Origin: the human T2T-CHM13v2.0 reference genome, Homo sapiens
Direction: 5' to 3' (one strand)
Length of the DNA stretch: 64,000 bases
Assembly: GCF_009914755.1 (NCBI RefSeq)
Contig: NC_060947.1
Made by a program: the position numbers and the translations under genes. Under the pieces are notes generated by a model. It was not told the DNA's origin and ran no database searches. It saw only the letters and a list, made by a program, of their open reading frames with translations. Positions 13,745 to 33,271 of the stretch are shown here, piece by piece (position 1 is the first letter of the stretch; the number at the start of each line of letters is the position of its first letter).

Positions 13745-14998
13745 TTATTTTATCTTATTTTTTAGACTTTTAGGTTCAGGGGTGCACATGCAAATTTGTT
13801 ACATAGGCAAATTGCATATCATGGGGGTTTGGTGTACAGATTATTTTGTCACCCAGGTTATGAGCATAGTACCCAATACGTACTTTTTCTATCCTAACCC
13901 TCCTCCCACCCTCCACCATCAAATAGGCCCTGGTGTCTATTGTTCCCTTTTTTTGTGTCCATGTGTACAAATTTTTAGCTCCATCTTGTAAGTGAGAACA
14001 TGTGGTATTTGGTTTTCTTTTCTTGTATTAATTTACTTAGGATAATGGCCTCCAGCCCCATCCATGTTCCTGCAAATGACATGATATAATTCTTTTTTCA
14101 TGGGTGCGTAGTATTCTATGGTGTATATGTAACACATTTTCTTTACCTAGTCTACCATTGATAGGTACTTAGGTTGATTCCATGTCTTTGCTCTTGTGAA
14201 CAGTGCTGCAATGAACATATACATGCATGTGTCTTTATGGCAGAATGATTTATATTTCTTTAGGTATATACCCAATAATGGGATTGCTGGGTCAAATGGT
14301 AGTTCTCTTTTAAGTTATTTGAGAAATCACCAAACTGCTTTCCACATGGCTGAACATGGCTTTCCACGTGGGATTTACATTCCCACCAGCAGAGTATAAG
14401 TGTTCCCTCTTCACTGCAGCCTTGCAAGCACCTGTTGTTTTTTGACTTTTTAATAATAGTCATTCTGACTGGTGTGAGATGTTATCTTATTGTGGTTTTG
14501 ATGTACATTTATCTAATGACTAGTGATATTGATCATCTTTTATGTTTGTTGGCTGCATGTATGTCTTCTTTTGAAAAATGTCTGTTCATGTCTTTTGCCC
14601 ACTTTTTAATGGGCTTGTTTTTTGTTAATTTATTCAAGTTCTTTATAGATTCTGGACATTAGACCTTTGTCAGATGCACAGTTTGCAAATACTTCCTCCC
14701 ATTATGTAGGTTGTCTCTTTATTGTATTGACAATTTCTTTTGCTGTGAAGAAGTTCTTTAGTTTAGTTAAGTCCCATTTGTCAAATTTTATCTTCATTGC
14801 AATTGCTTTTGATGTCTTCATCATGAAATCTTTGCAAGGGCTGATGTCCAGAATGGTATTTCCTAGGTTTTCTTCTATAGTTTTTATAGTTTTATGATGT
14901 TACATTTAAATATTTAATCCATCTCGAGTTGATTTTTATATATCGTAAAAGGAATGGGTCCAGTTTCAATCCACTGCATAAGGCTAGCCAGTTATCCC
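13745..14998 (-). mobile_element. 5'-truncated L1 (L1PA15/16-like)
   Basis: 3'UTR ttttaggttcaggggtgcacatgc...atgggggtttggtgtacagattattttgtcacccagg, plus ORF2 C-terminal remnants (IIKKSKNNRC...LCWWECK). Confidence 0.88.
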
Positions 14999-15684
14999 TA
15001 TTTTGAAAAAATTAGAAGACAAAAGTAAGGAACAAAAAATTACCATCTATAGACCTACCACTCAGAGTCAGCCAAACTTCATATTTGGTATATATTTTTC
15101 AGTTCATTCTTTCAGATAGATCAGTAGGTAGGTATGTAAACAGCCAGCCAACCAGATATGTTTAGAATATTTTTATACTAATGATGATAGATCAATATTA
15201 TTTATTATTTTTCTTATTTCAATGAAGACAGATTGTTCAGAGAATGAGGTTTTAAGTTACTTTTATAGTAAACTGAGAGATGAACACAAACACCATTTGT
15301 TTTAATGCTTTGCATGGAAAGATCCTTCAAATATGCCATTATAATTTTTGGTGCAATAAACCAGTGATGAAGATTCAAGTAGACTAGTCTAGACTAGGAT
15401 ATTTAAAATCCTTATGGTCCTTGATATCTGAGATGATATCCCGTTCAGGGAATGGAAGTAGTTGAGGAAGGTATAATAGATTGGTACTGAATTCAGGATG
15501 ACCCCTAAATCTTGAAGCTTCACATAAATTCATTTCTCTTCATGCCTCCTGAGCTGGAATTCTCTCCATAGCATCATTTTCACAGGTTTTTAAGTTCATA
15601 CTTGAATGCCTCTAACAACAGAAGACTTATTACCTCTTAAGCTACAACCTGTCCTTTTTAACCAACTATTAAAAAGGTCTTTTA

Positions 15685-15981
<297 letters not shown>

Positions 15982-17366
15982 GTCTTTTAATCAGCTTAAA
16001 TGTGGGTTCCTAAAACTTTTTAATGTTTAAGTTCAGGGGTACATGTGCAGTTTTGTTAATAGGTAAACTTGTGTCATGGGGTTTGTTGTACGGATTATTT
16101 CTTCACCCAGGTATTAAGCCTAATATCCATTGGTCATTTTTCCTGATCCTTTCCATGCTCCCAACCTCCACCCTCCGGTAGGCCCCAGCATCTGTTGTTC
16201 CCCTCCACATGTCCATGTATTCTCATTATTTAGCTCCCACTTATAAGTGAGAACATGTGGTATTTGGTTTTCAGTTCCTGCATTAGTTTGCTAAGGATAA
16301 TGGCCTCCAGCTCCATCCATGTTCCTGTAAAGCATGATTTCATTCTTTTTTATGGCTGCATAGTATTCCATGATATATATGTACCATAATATGGCTGCAT
16401 AGTATTCCATGATATATATGTACCACATTTGCTTTATCCCTTCTACCATTGATGGGCATTTAGGTTTATTCCATTTCTGTGCTATTGCAAATAGTGCTGC
16501 AATTAACATATGTTTGCATGTGTCTTTATGATAGAACAATTTATATTCCTTTGGGTATATACCCAGTAATGGGATTGCTGCGATGAATGGTAGTTCTGTT
16601 TTTAGGTCTTTGAGTAAGTGTCACACTGTTTTCCACAACAGCTAAACTAATTTACATTCCCACCAATGGTGTATAAGCATTCCTTTTTCTTCATAATCTT
16701 GCCAGCATCTGTTATTTTTTGACTTTTTAATAGTAGACATTCTAACTGGTATGAGATGAAATCACATTGTGGTTTTGACCTGCATTTCTCTAATGATCAG
16801 TGATACTGAGCTTTTTTTTCATACAGTTGTTGGCTGCATGTATGTCTTTGGAGAAGTGTCTGTCCATGTCCTTTGCCCACTTTTTAATGGGGTTGCTTGT
16901 TTTTTTCTTGCAGATTTGTTTAAGTTCCTTATAGATGCTGGATATTAGCCTTTTCTTTGATACACAGTTTGCAAAAATTTTCTCCCATTCCTTAGGTTGT
17001 CTGTTTACTCTGTTGATAGTTTCTTTCACTGTGAAGAAGCTCTTTAGTTTAATTAGATCTCATTTGTCAATTTTTTCTTTTGGTGCAATTACTTTTGGCA
17101 TCTTTGTCATGAAATCTTTGCTCGTTTCTGTGTCCAGAATGGTATTGCCTAAGTTGTCTTCCATGGTTTTCATAGTTTTAGGTTTTCTATTTAAGTCTTT
17201 AACCCATCTTGAGTTGATTTTTGTATATAGTATAAGGAAGGGGTCCAGTTTTAATATTCTGCATATGGCTTGCCGGTTATCCCAGCACCATTTGTCAACA
17301 ATAAATGAGTAGGGAGTCCTTTCCCCATTGCTTGCTTTTGTCAGCTTTGTTAAAGAACAGATGGCT

Positions 17367-17672
17367 GGTCTGGGCGCAGTGGCTCACTCCTATAATCCCA
17401 GCACATTGGGAGGCTGAGGTGGGCAGATCACTTGAGGCCAGGAGTTCAAGACCAGCCTGGCCATCCTGGTGAAACCCCGTCTCTACTAAAAATAGAAAAA
17501 TTAGCCAGGCATAGTAGCACACACCTGTAATCCCAGCTACTTGGGAGGCTGAGGTATGAGAATTGCTTGAACCCAGGAGGCAGAGGTTGCAGTTAACCAA
17601 GATCACACCACTGCACTTTAGACTGGGCAACAAGAGCAAGACTGTCAAAAAAAAAAAAAAAAAAAAAGAAAG
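17367..17672 (+). mobile_element. AluS nested in L1
   Basis: Full dimer; TSD aaaga(a/g)cagatggct at 17352-66 and 17673-87. Confidence 0.95.
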
Positions 17673-18197
17673 AAAGAGCAGATGGCTGTAGGTGTGTGGC
17701 CTCTATTCTGTTTCACTGGTCTATGTGTCTCGTTTTGTACTAGTACCATGCTGTTTTGGTTACTGTAGTCCTGTAGTATAGTTTGAAGTCAAGTAGTGTG
17801 ATGTCTCCAGCTTTGTTCTTTTTGTTTAGGATTTCCTTGGCTATTCGGGCCCTTTTTTGGTTTCATATGAGTTTTAAAATAGTTTTTTTATTCTAATTCT
17901 GTGAAGAATATCATTGGTAGTTTGATAGAAATAGCATTGACTCTGTAGATTGCTTTGGGCAGGATGGCCATTTTAATGATATTGATTCTTCCTATCCGTG
18001 AACATGGAATGTTTTCCATTTTTTTTGTGTCATCCCTGATTTGTTTGAGTAGTATTTTGCAGTTCTCATTATAGAGATCTTACACCTCCCTGGATAGCTG
18101 TATCCCTAGGTATTTTATTCTTTTGAGGCAATTGTCAATGAGATTGTATTCCTGATTTGGCTTTTGGCTTGGTTGTTGTTGGAGTATAAGAATTCTA

Positions 18198-18495
18198 GGC
18201 CAGGCACGGTGGCTTATGCCTGTAATGCCAGCACTTTGGGAGGCCAAGGCGGGTGGATCACGAGGTCAGGAGATCGAGACCATCCTGGCTAACACGGTGA
18301 AACCCTGTCTCTACTAAAAATACAAAAAATTAGCCGGGCGCGGTGGTGGGCACCTGTAGTCCCAGCTACTTGGGAGGCTGAGGCAGGAGAATGGCGTGAA
18401 CCCGGTAGACGGAGCTTGCAGCGAGCCTAGATGGCGCCACTGCACTCCAGCCTGGGTGACAGCGAGACTCCATCTCAAAAAAAAAAAAAAAAAAA
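18198..18495 (+). mobile_element. AluY nested in L1
   Basis: Y diagnostics gagatcgagaccatcctggctaacacggtg, gaatggcgtgaacccgg, ggagcttgcag; TSD aagaattcta at 18188-97 and 18496-505. Confidence 0.95.
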
Positions 18496-18759
18496 AAGAA
18501 TTCTAGTGATTTTTTACCCTGAGACTTCACTGAAGTTATCAGCCTAAGGAGCTTTTGGGCTAAGTGTATAAGGTTTTCTAGATATAAAATCATACCACCT
18601 GCAAACAGGGAGAGTTCAACTTCCTCTCTTCCTATTTGGATGCTCTTTATTTCTTTCTCTTGCCTAATTGCTCTGCCCTATAAAAGTACTCCATCTTGAC
18701 AGAGTCAGAGTCCCTAGGCCAGTCAGACTTTTGCCAGGTATCCTAAAGAACAACAATCT

Positions 18760-19145
<386 letters not shown>

Positions 19146-20449
19146 CTAGACTTGACTTTCTGGGAATTGGTTAACTTGTTTGAAGAAAATATATTAAACA
19201 TTTATTGCCTCATTGCTTGCTTTCAAGATATTTTTCTATGCCTTCATTTATGAGAAGCTGGCTCAGTTTGTTGAAATCCATCAATGATTTGAACTATAAC
19301 ATTCATAATGTTCTTTATAACCCAGAACTTGATTACATAATGGTATTTATTGTTCTCTAGTTTTTTCATGTGCACAAGTCTTGTCCTGCCAACTGTTTCG
19401 TAAGTTTTTCAAAACCAAAGCTCATGTCTTCTACTTATTTCATGGTTTTCCTTTCCTCACAATATCTAGTACAGTAAGCACTTAATAATTATTTCTTAAC
19501 AAAACAAGATCTGCATGTGGGCTGTGTAGCTTGGCTCAATTCTTACATTCCAGTTTGTGCCATTAACCCCAACTAGCTTTCTAGGAAGACTTGTCACATG
19601 GGGCCTGGGCAACGAAGATTAGATGATTAAGAAAAGCCAGGCTTCATTGCTACACAGAAAAACTGAAGGTCCTATGCTACTGCTCAGATGTGAGTATCTC
19701 AGTTCATACAGATGATATACTTATTGAGGCTAGTTGGTCCCAGTAAATTTAGAGTTCTGCATGTATCCTTAACATGCTCTTTGTGAACCATTGACAAGGC
19801 ATTCACAAATTAGGCCAAGTGCTCCCCCAAGTCATGGTTTACATGTTTGCTTTGAGAGATTTACTTTTCCTTCTGGCAAGTATTCTTCCCTCTTCCTCCT
19901 GTAAGAAATATGAAACTTGTCTCTGGTCATGAAGGTTTTATATTAACCTATTTTTTAATACTTACTGGGGAAAATCCCTTTTTCTGCTGCTGCTGCTTTG
20001 ATTGGCTGAAAAATGGCAGCTACCTTACTCTGGAGCTTCTAAGTCTGCTTCTCAGCATTTCTCAAATATCTGAGACTTTGTTGTTCTTCATAGTAAAAGA
20101 TAAACCCTTAGACTCTTTTTTTATTTTTCAGAAATTATCACTATTCTAAAAGAGCCACTGAGTTCCTAGTCTGGATATTTTAAATAAATATGTATTTCTG
20201 TTATTCTTTTCCAAGTCATGTCAGCATAATAGGAGTAGGTGTATGCAAGGAAAACTAGTTATTGATTAAAGAGGATTTTGAAGTGGTCTAATTGTCCTTT
20301 TTAATGATATCAACCTATAGGAAATTCCTAAAGTGAAATTTGAAGTAATTTTGTCTTATTGAACAATCTGTATGTTGATTGTCAATCAGTGGACAAAATT
20401 ACCAAATCAGCTATGCCATTCATCATTTGACACATTAATTTATTACTTT

Positions 20450-20878
20450 TTTCAGTTAAACAGCTTTATAAATTCAAAAACAAATGCATATATACAGTGA
20501 ATAAAATGTTTGAGCAGCATAAACATTGCAGGTAACAAAAGTAATTCCATCTTCTGCCCCACACTGTCAGTCCTGCTTTGAGAGGCAACCACTCTTAACA
20601 GATTTTTTGTATAAACTTTCCCCAAATTTCTATAGTTACACAAGCTTAGAGGATGTGTCTGTGTTGTCTATACATTTTTTCTTTTACACAAATGGGGGCA
20701 AACTTGATATTAAGTTCTACATTTTGTGTTTTCTCCTCTTCGTAATGTGTTTTAGAGATTTCATATTAGCATAGATTGATCTAATCATTTCTTCAAATTG
20801 CTGCCTGTAATTTCATTACATGGGTATTCCATAATTTATTTTTGTCAGACCCTTCCCCAAATTGATGAATATTTAGGG
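20450..20878 (-). mobile_element. Very old L1 (L1ME-like) 3' fragment
   Basis: agaggcaaccactcttaacagatttttt...ccataatttattt...attgatgaatatttagg motifs. Confidence 0.45.
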
Positions 20879-20879
20879 G

Positions 20880-20901
20880 TATGTGTGCATGTGTGTGTGT
20901 C

Positions 20902-20933
<32 letters not shown>

Positions 20934-20953
20934 TGTGTGAGAGAGAGAGAGAG
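20880..20953. repeat. (TG)n-(GA)n compound microsatellite
   Basis: Imperfect TG run followed by a GA run, read directly. Confidence 0.95.
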
Positions 20954-23094
20954 ATGAATACTGAGATAATCTTAAGTATTTAATTGCTCTATACCTAAAT
21001 TTGCCAAACAGACTGGATTTCCTGTTTGTTAATCTGATCTTTTTCTTGGTATTTGAAAGTCATGCTAGTTAGAAAAAAAATCAGTAATTTTAATTCTGTA
21101 CATATTTATGAAGGTTTATGCTGCATCCAGCACTTTGCTAGATACTATTGGATATAAGAAAGTTATAAGACAAAGTTTCTGCCCATACATATTTTTCTCT
21201 GTAGTTTAGAAGACCAGGTTTACTCATGTAAAATAATTAGTGAATCATATGAGATAGAGTACCATGAAAAAGAAACTCCAATGTGAACTTACTTAGGTAC
21301 TCATTATAAATAGGCAGGCTCCCATCATAGCAGTAAACTGTGTGTGTAGGCCAGTTGAAGAATACCACACTTGGAAAATAGACTGCTTTGGGGAGATATT
21401 TGAGGTTTAACCTAAACTCAAACTTGAAGACCATTTGAAGACTATGAAAACGCTTTCCTCCCAGATAAATGACTATAAAAAGTAAGCAAATCTGGAATTA
21501 AAATCTTACAAATTGAAATAATATTTCTCTATAACAAGGCCATTTTGCCATCAAAAAATGGAATAACAGTCTCTCCAAAGTGTGCATATATGAGCTTATC
21601 TACACTGTATAGATACAGTAGCATAACTACTCTAATTAGTTTTCAAAAGGACATTCTCCTTGTTTCATGGAAACTATTGGATGATAACAAATAGTCTGTA
21701 CTTCAGAGAAGCAAAGGAGAAAAAAATAGCAGAATAGGCTGATGTCAGTTAATTGTTAATATATGAGGTTTGAGGTAGAAGGTAGATTCTTGAAGTTTGA
21801 AATATTTTACATGAAAACTGAGAGGGTAAAAGTTTGAGAGACATAGATCACCATTTTCACTTTATGAAGAATGCTGTCTTTTATTTACGCCTTTCAGCTT
21901 ATATTTCTAAGCTAGCAATTTAAGGACTTATGAAAGATGGAAGAGGTATAGATTAGAATCCAATATTTTGGTGGGTCATAGGCTTGTATGATTCTTCCTT
22001 GTGCTAATACAATCATTTAAGCAGAATGATATGGTGATAAAAGCTAATAAAATACATTTAGGGAAAAGCATGCTGTGTTGGATATTCAGAATTTGAGGAA
22101 ATGTGTTGTGATAACAGAATGAGTGAGCAGCTTTCATAGAGTACATGCAGTTAAGATGAAAGCAGGGATTGAGAAAAAAATGTTTTTTCTGAAACAGATT
22201 TTGTACCTAAACTGAAAAACATTTAGTGACGTACACTTTTCCTTCCAAATAAATATTTCAGTCAGCCATTTACCTTCTATTCTCTGTAACATGTTCACTA
22301 ACTAGGAGCATGTTCTCTCACATTTAATAAAGTAAAAAATGCATCAGCTTTTCAATGTTTTCCCCAACTTTCTATTCTATTTAACAAATATTTCTTGAAT
22401 AGCTACTATGTGCGGAGCATCACAATAGACATTGTATGGGATGCAAAGTCAAGAGTGAGGCCACTGGTCTTAGAATCAGGAAACTTGCCTTCTAATCCTA
22501 TTTTTGCCAGTTACTTGTATGACCTAGAGATTCACTTCTCATTTTAGAGCCAAAGTCCTGGATTTAATGATGTCTGAGGTCTTTTTCAGCTATATTGTAA
22601 TCCAACCTAATGAGTAAAACCATTTGTTTCCCCTAAAACTTTACAGTATTCTATGGGGGGTCGAAACTATTACAGAAATAACTATGAAAGAAAGCAGAAT
22701 GTTATCGGTAATTTCAAGAGAGAGTTACAAAGTGATGTAGGCCATTAATAGCTTCATGGAGGGAGTGACCTTGAGGGATTAGGTTTTGATAGGCAGAAAT
22801 AGGGGTCATAAGAACAACTCTGTTCCTATTGTGGGCTTTCTCCATCCTGGATATTACTCAGAATTTGTCAGTGGCAAAACAAAAGTAGTAGAAAGTTAGC
22901 CTTTGAAGGATTTTTATCAGTCTGTTTCCGAACTAGCCAATGAGTGTAGATTGGAGCTGTAAGCAATGAAGTAAAAGTAAAAGAGATGAACATGAAACAT
23001 AGGGAGGGGTCATAGAAATGGAATTTCTTCACAAATGCTAATAGCAACTATCCCTTACATTTGTATAATGGTTAAAAATCCAGGATATGAGGGT

Positions 23095-23350
23095 ATGACA
23101 GAGCTGTTAAGAGCATGGCCGAATATGCTCCTAACATGGACTAAACCAGACCTGGGTTTCTATCCCTGCTCTGACATTTACCAGTGGTAGAACCTTGTAC
23201 AGTCACTTAGCCTGTTGCACCTCAGTTTCATCATTTGTAAAGTGGAGATAACAACTACTCCATGAGATGGCTGTAAGATTAAAATAAGATTGTGTATTTA
23301 AAGCAGTTATCAAAAGGACTGACACATAGAACTTACTCAAAAAGGGTAGC
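23095..23350 (+). mobile_element. MIR SINE
   Basis: ccagacctgggtttctatccctgctctgacatttacc...cctcagtttcatcatttgtaaagtggagata. Confidence 0.7.
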
Positions 23351-24464
23351 TAGGAGGTAGTATGTCAGGTATTGTTCTTTCCTTTCAACAGAAAGTCAAA
23401 ACTGGGGCTCTGAGATTCTGAATCATTTATTAGAATCCAGTATTCTTTCTATTACAAGAGTGACTCCTAACCTGAGTTTTCTGCCCACACCCTATCCCTG
23501 GGGGGCATCTGTGAAGGTAATAATGAGAATCTATGAGTTATTTTCAATATTTGAAAGAAGCCTAACAGAGAGCATTAATTTACTCGTGATAAATTACACA
23601 ACCTGACTAATATGTCAAGTTTCTTTGCTTTTGCCTGAAATTATATCAACTCATTTTGGTAATACTGGCTATCTCATGCTGATGGGAAACTGATTGGCAG
23701 CTATATATGCCTTTGATGAATAGAAATGAGGAAAACGAATTTTATATCATAAATGCAGTTGATCTGGGAGATATTCTTTTCAGCTTGGGAGAACATAGAG
23801 AAAAATAAAATGCTCCTTTGTTGCTGAAACTATTGAGAAGCACTGTATTTTACACCATGCTTTCTGATTCAAGGGAAAAGGGGGTTTAAGGGGCTTAGAA
23901 AGATAGGCAGTTGTGGTCAGAGAGAATTTCAGACTTTGAGAGCTTATGGGTAAATTGTTTTCATATAACATACCTGATTGAAAGGAGGATATGACGTGTT
24001 TTTCTCCTGTGAGAAAGAGATGAGGCAACTGAGGCCTAAAGAGGGATAATGAATCAGCCAAGTTAAAAAAGCAGCTTGTAACAGAACCAATATTTCAACC
24101 CAGTCTTGTGACTCTGTTCCATAGCTCTCTCTACTCTGAATCAAAGAAATATAGTCATCTTGTCTTGATTTTGCCACAATGTCCAAAAAAACATTTTCTC
24201 AGGTCTGATTTTAATATTGACTTTTTCTAGTGAAAGAGAGAAAACACTGTTAGAAGATGAATGAAAATGAAGTTAGGGACTTACAGACAGCTGACATACA
24301 AAGGTCTCCTTTGTATTGATTGGCTTCTTTATTGATTTGACAATATAGATCAATATCTCTTCCTCTGAGGCTGTAGTGTTATAGTGTGAATTCTCTGGGT
24401 TCCATTTCACTCTGCAGAATTGATACAAATACAACAGGTGCAGAGGTAATAGGGGGATGAATTA

Positions 24465-24820
24465 TCATATTAGCTATTATTTACTATGTGCCCACTATGG
24501 CCAGGAATGTTATTCAGGCATCTATATTTATTGAGTGCTTGCTGTGGGCGAAATGCTAGTCTAGGAAGTGACAGAGTAATGAACAAGACAGAGAAAAGTC
24601 CCTACCCCCATAGAGCTCATATTTTATCATTCTAAGTATTTTTGTATGGATTACCTTACAACAACCCTGTAAGTTTGGTACTGTTAGTACTCTCAATTTA
24701 CAAATGAGAAAGTGGAGACAGAGTTAGTAAGTTACTTGCACAGGGTCACACAGCTAGGAATATTAAATTTGGAAGTTGATGTAAGATCTGTCTGACTCCT
24801 AAATGTACATTTTTCTATTA
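24465..24820 (-). mobile_element. MIR interrupted by an L2 3' fragment (about 24520-24625)
   Basis: MIR motifs (caaccctgtaag, aatttacaaatgagaaagtggagacagag, cagggtcacacagctagg) flank tatttattgagtgcttgctgtg...gaacaagacaga...cctacccccatagagctc. Confidence 0.55.
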
Positions 24821-25134
24821 TTCTTTTCAAGTTTTATTCCCCACTGTGCTACTTCATCAGACAGCTTCTTTCTGCCATTCTTCTCAACACTCTCTTCCTC
24901 TCGTATCTATCTTTCCTTTTGGTTATAATGCTGAAAACATGCAGTTATTAAACCAAAGACAGAGAGGCAAAATACATTCATGTGGATAAAGTAAAATGTA
25001 CGTAGGCTTGCTCACACACTAAACAGAGAGGGCACTATGCAGAAGCTGTTTGCTTTGGGGAGATTAGATAGGAGATGTTATACGATAATAGACAAAATTT
25101 ATTGACTGCTTATTATGTGTTAGCCAGTATACTT

Positions 25135-28800
<3,666 letters not shown>

Positions 28801-28814
28801 AGTCAATATACTCT

Positions 28815-29010
28815 TTACGCATTCAATTCTTAGAACAACCTTATAAGATAGGCACTGTTATTATTATTGTCTTCATTATTTATATGGGAGAAACTAGGGT
28901 ACAGAGTGGTTAATTAACTTGCCAAGAATCCTCTGTTTATAAGGGGCAGAACTGAGATTAAAGTTCAGGCAGACAGTATCCAGAGTTTGTTGTCATAATC
29001 ACCAGGACAG
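28815..29010 (-). mobile_element. MIR SINE
   Basis: aacaaccttataagataggcactgttattatt...gtggttaattaacttgccaag...ggggcagaactgagattaaag. Confidence 0.6.
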
Positions 29011-30745
29011 TACTTACAACATAGTACATCATACCATAAGTAATTGATTATTTTTAAAAATCCAGGTATGAGAAAATAAATGTATAAACTATAGTAGTAA
29101 CAATGAGAACAGAAAAAAGGCTATGAATGCAATAGGCATTTTAGAGAAAGGGGCAACAACATTTACTAAATCTCAGATTTGAATGACAAGGAAAGTGATT
29201 ATAGCAGTGACATTAAAAAAAATCTAAAGAGATCAAAGTCTTGGGAGGGGAAATAGTTTGGTTTCTGACATTCTGATATTAAGTTGATGGTAAGATGTCC
29301 AAGTAGAGGAACTATTAAGTAAGTGAAATATGGGACTGAACTCAAATTTGAAGACAAATCCCTTCAGACTCTTTGTCCAGAGTCTGCAGGCCATAGAGAG
29401 GTATGAAGAGAGAGGATAGAACGTAGAAGGAGCAAAGGCTTTCACCACGTAGACATTTCCTCCTTTCTTTTTCCAGTAATATTATTATTGAAATACAATT
29501 CAACCTTAGTTTTAACTTTTTCCAGGCTAGGATGTTTCTTTGCTTCCTCATACTTTTCTCCACCAACATCAAAATATAATAGGATGCAGTCCATTCAGAA
29601 AAGAAACCAGTTAACAAATTATGCCTTCAAAGGAAGAAAATTTCCTGTGATCCCCGATTGTGGTCTAAATTATGTTTATTATACGTTTTATAAAATTCTG
29701 AACAGGTATTGAACTATTTTAAATTTCTTGGATTTATTGCTTTTATACAAAAACAAACTTACAAATGAAATATAAATAAAACCACAAAACTAATAAATCT
29801 AAAATTAATTTTAATTATATTTGTCTTACTGAAAAAAATCACTGTTTGGAATGTGACTATGTACTACTGAAAAGTGCAGGTTTGTTTGAGTTGTACATGG
29901 CTGGATTTCTGTGTGCTACGAGGTGCTTTTAAGTCTCCACCACTTAGATTGCAGTGTGCTATGATGTATTTTTGTTCTCATGTGACATGAAGGCATCATT
30001 TATATACATTTATATGTATACATTTATATACAGTACTACTTTGTGACAATATAATCATAAACGAATATGTAAAAGCTGGCACTTAAATAATGCAATAGTA
30101 TCATCATGAGGTGATCACCTAGAATACCCAAAATCTATTTTCTTAATTTATTTTAATTCAAACATAAAGTTTGAAACATATACACACAAAAATATTATAG
30201 AAAAGTCCTACCCTCCCGAAACTCTAGTTTGAAAAATATTAATCTGAAGGCAGGAGATAAATATACTGTCTTGTTGTGGCTTTATAAATTTGTACATTTT
30301 CCTAGCATGACTAAATTTAATCCTGCCTATGTGTTCATATAATGAATGTGGGATTTAGGAGACATGAGATCTCAAACTGGCTCTGCCATTATTCTATTAT
30401 AGAATCTCAAGGAAAGTGTTTTACCTCCCTGGACCTCATTTTTCTCGTGTATAAAATGGAAATTGGAGAGGAAGAAACAGGATGAACCACATGATCTCTA
30501 ATTAGGACTCCTTGTGATTTTCAAGTCAACCATACATTTGAATTTCAGAATGGATGATACACATTTCACTATATATGTATATGCACTTATGTGCACTTAC
30601 TGATATAATGTTTACTTAACACCATGGATATTAGTTCATTTGCCAAGGAAGAGTGTTACTCAAAATTCATGATAAAGAATTTTTTTTTTTTTGCTGCTCT
30701 TTTGGACCTGTAATAAGATATTGTTAACCTACATGTACTTCATAA

Positions 30746-31063
<318 letters not shown>

Positions 31064-31339
31064 TCCCTATGTGCATTTTCTAAAAAATGTATCTAACTTA
31101 ATGATTATGAGTAGACAGTTCTGTTGAATTTTATTTATGCAATCACATGACCATTTCTTTACTATGAAACATATAAAATTGTACTGTAAGTGAAACAAGT
31201 AGTTCCATTGTGTAATTGTTTCATCATTACATATAATTTAATAAATACTTCTTTTCAAATTAGGGAATAACAGACTTGGCATTTATATACTTTAAACACT
31301 TAAGACTCCTTCAGCTTCTAAAGAATTTAGGTTAATTTA

Positions 31340-31801
<462 letters not shown>

Positions 31802-31884
31802 CTAAGCAAAGCATATAGAGTATACATGATCACATTAAGAAATACAGCAAGATGTTTTGGGTCAAACCAAATATTTTACCAAAG

Positions 31885-31920
<36 letters not shown>

Positions 31921-33271
31921 AATGATGATTCAACACTAATACCATGAACAAGACAAAATGAATTGTTGTGAGCACAAATTTTCTGCAAACATTATTTTAA
32001 AACTTGGCATATTTATGCCTATTAGTGAATACATCTTTATAATTTACAGCTTAACCTCTTCAGGTTTATAAGAACAAGCCAGTTTGACCATTGGAAAAGA
32101 AAAAGGAGAGACAGAGCAATAACCACAGTCTGTGAAGAGGCCTACTCAGTAACGGTCTAGTTTATGCTTAAAAATACTGGAAGGCTTGCATCCCTCAATC
32201 TCTCAGTCAATTACTTTAGTTCTTTGAAATCACCCCATTAATTAGGACAAATCCTGCGTTTTCTTATGTCTAGATTTATCAGGGGTTTTTTGCATCTCTC
32301 TCTTATCCACAGTTTAGTTTTATATAATACAACCTGATAGCATCTTGTTATCATTTTGCCTTGATTTGCTTTGTGTCTTATTACATAAAAGGGGTACTAA
32401 TCTTTGGGAATTCACTCCTTATTAGAGTCAATTGAGATTTGTAACTTGAGATGCAAGCTTATATTTTTATTATAAATAATTGCCTACAAAGGAATTCCTA
32501 GCATGATATGTTATCAGCATAAATTACTATGTTTTAATTGTAATGTATTTTTTAAATATGCCCACAGGAAAGGTTTTTCTCCTACTTAGTTTTGTAGAAG
32601 ATTATTTTGTGTCTTCCCACTTCATTCCTAGTATGGATTCCAAATATATCACTTGCTTGATGGTAGTATAATTTTATAATTATATTGTTATTGGCAATTC
32701 AGAAAATGATTTCTATAGTTTCTTTGACATAAAGTGGATAACCAGAATGAGTTGATTTTCATTTATCTTTGAAGCCAATTATAATTTTAGTACCAACCAA
32801 CAGTTGGCACTTAATTTGCCTGGTCTACAGATAACCAAGAAAAGATATTGCCATTCATTGGTCTCCTCACTCTCTTCTATAACCAGAAGCTAGGCTGTAA
32901 ATTGCCATTTTCTGTAAAAGTTGGCCCATTTGACTCCCTCTCTTAATTACCGAACGCTACTGGTTGTGATGGTTTTAACTTGATTATGTACAGTTGTTAG
33001 GCAAATGCCAGTTAGGAGTTGTGAATGTTTTAGAAACATTTCCTCAGAATAATTGTGCTCAGTTTTTAAGGATAGGAACTGGAGGCTAGTCAGATATACA
33101 TTTGATAAACAACCAATTACTCATCTCATGTTGTTCTTTACTGGGGGTATTTCTGGTTTTCTAGGGTGGAATAAATACAGAGGATGGTTCACTTTGCTCT
33201 GTCTGGATGAGAAGCTTTGATCTCCAGGATAGTTCTTTTTTAAATGAGATGAATGAATTTTCACCTTTAAG

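Larger units (their letters stand above)
16015..18675 (-). mobile_element. 5'-truncated L1PA (PA13-15-like) with two nested Alus
   Basis: 3'UTR gttcaggggtacatgtgcag...; ORF2 remnants [20 protein letters not shown] and MILYLEN. Confidence 0.9.

Noticed and set aside
31889-31917. Isolated T29 run as a solo poly(A) insertion
   Set aside because: No flanking TSD could be identified; treated as a simple mononucleotide repeat.
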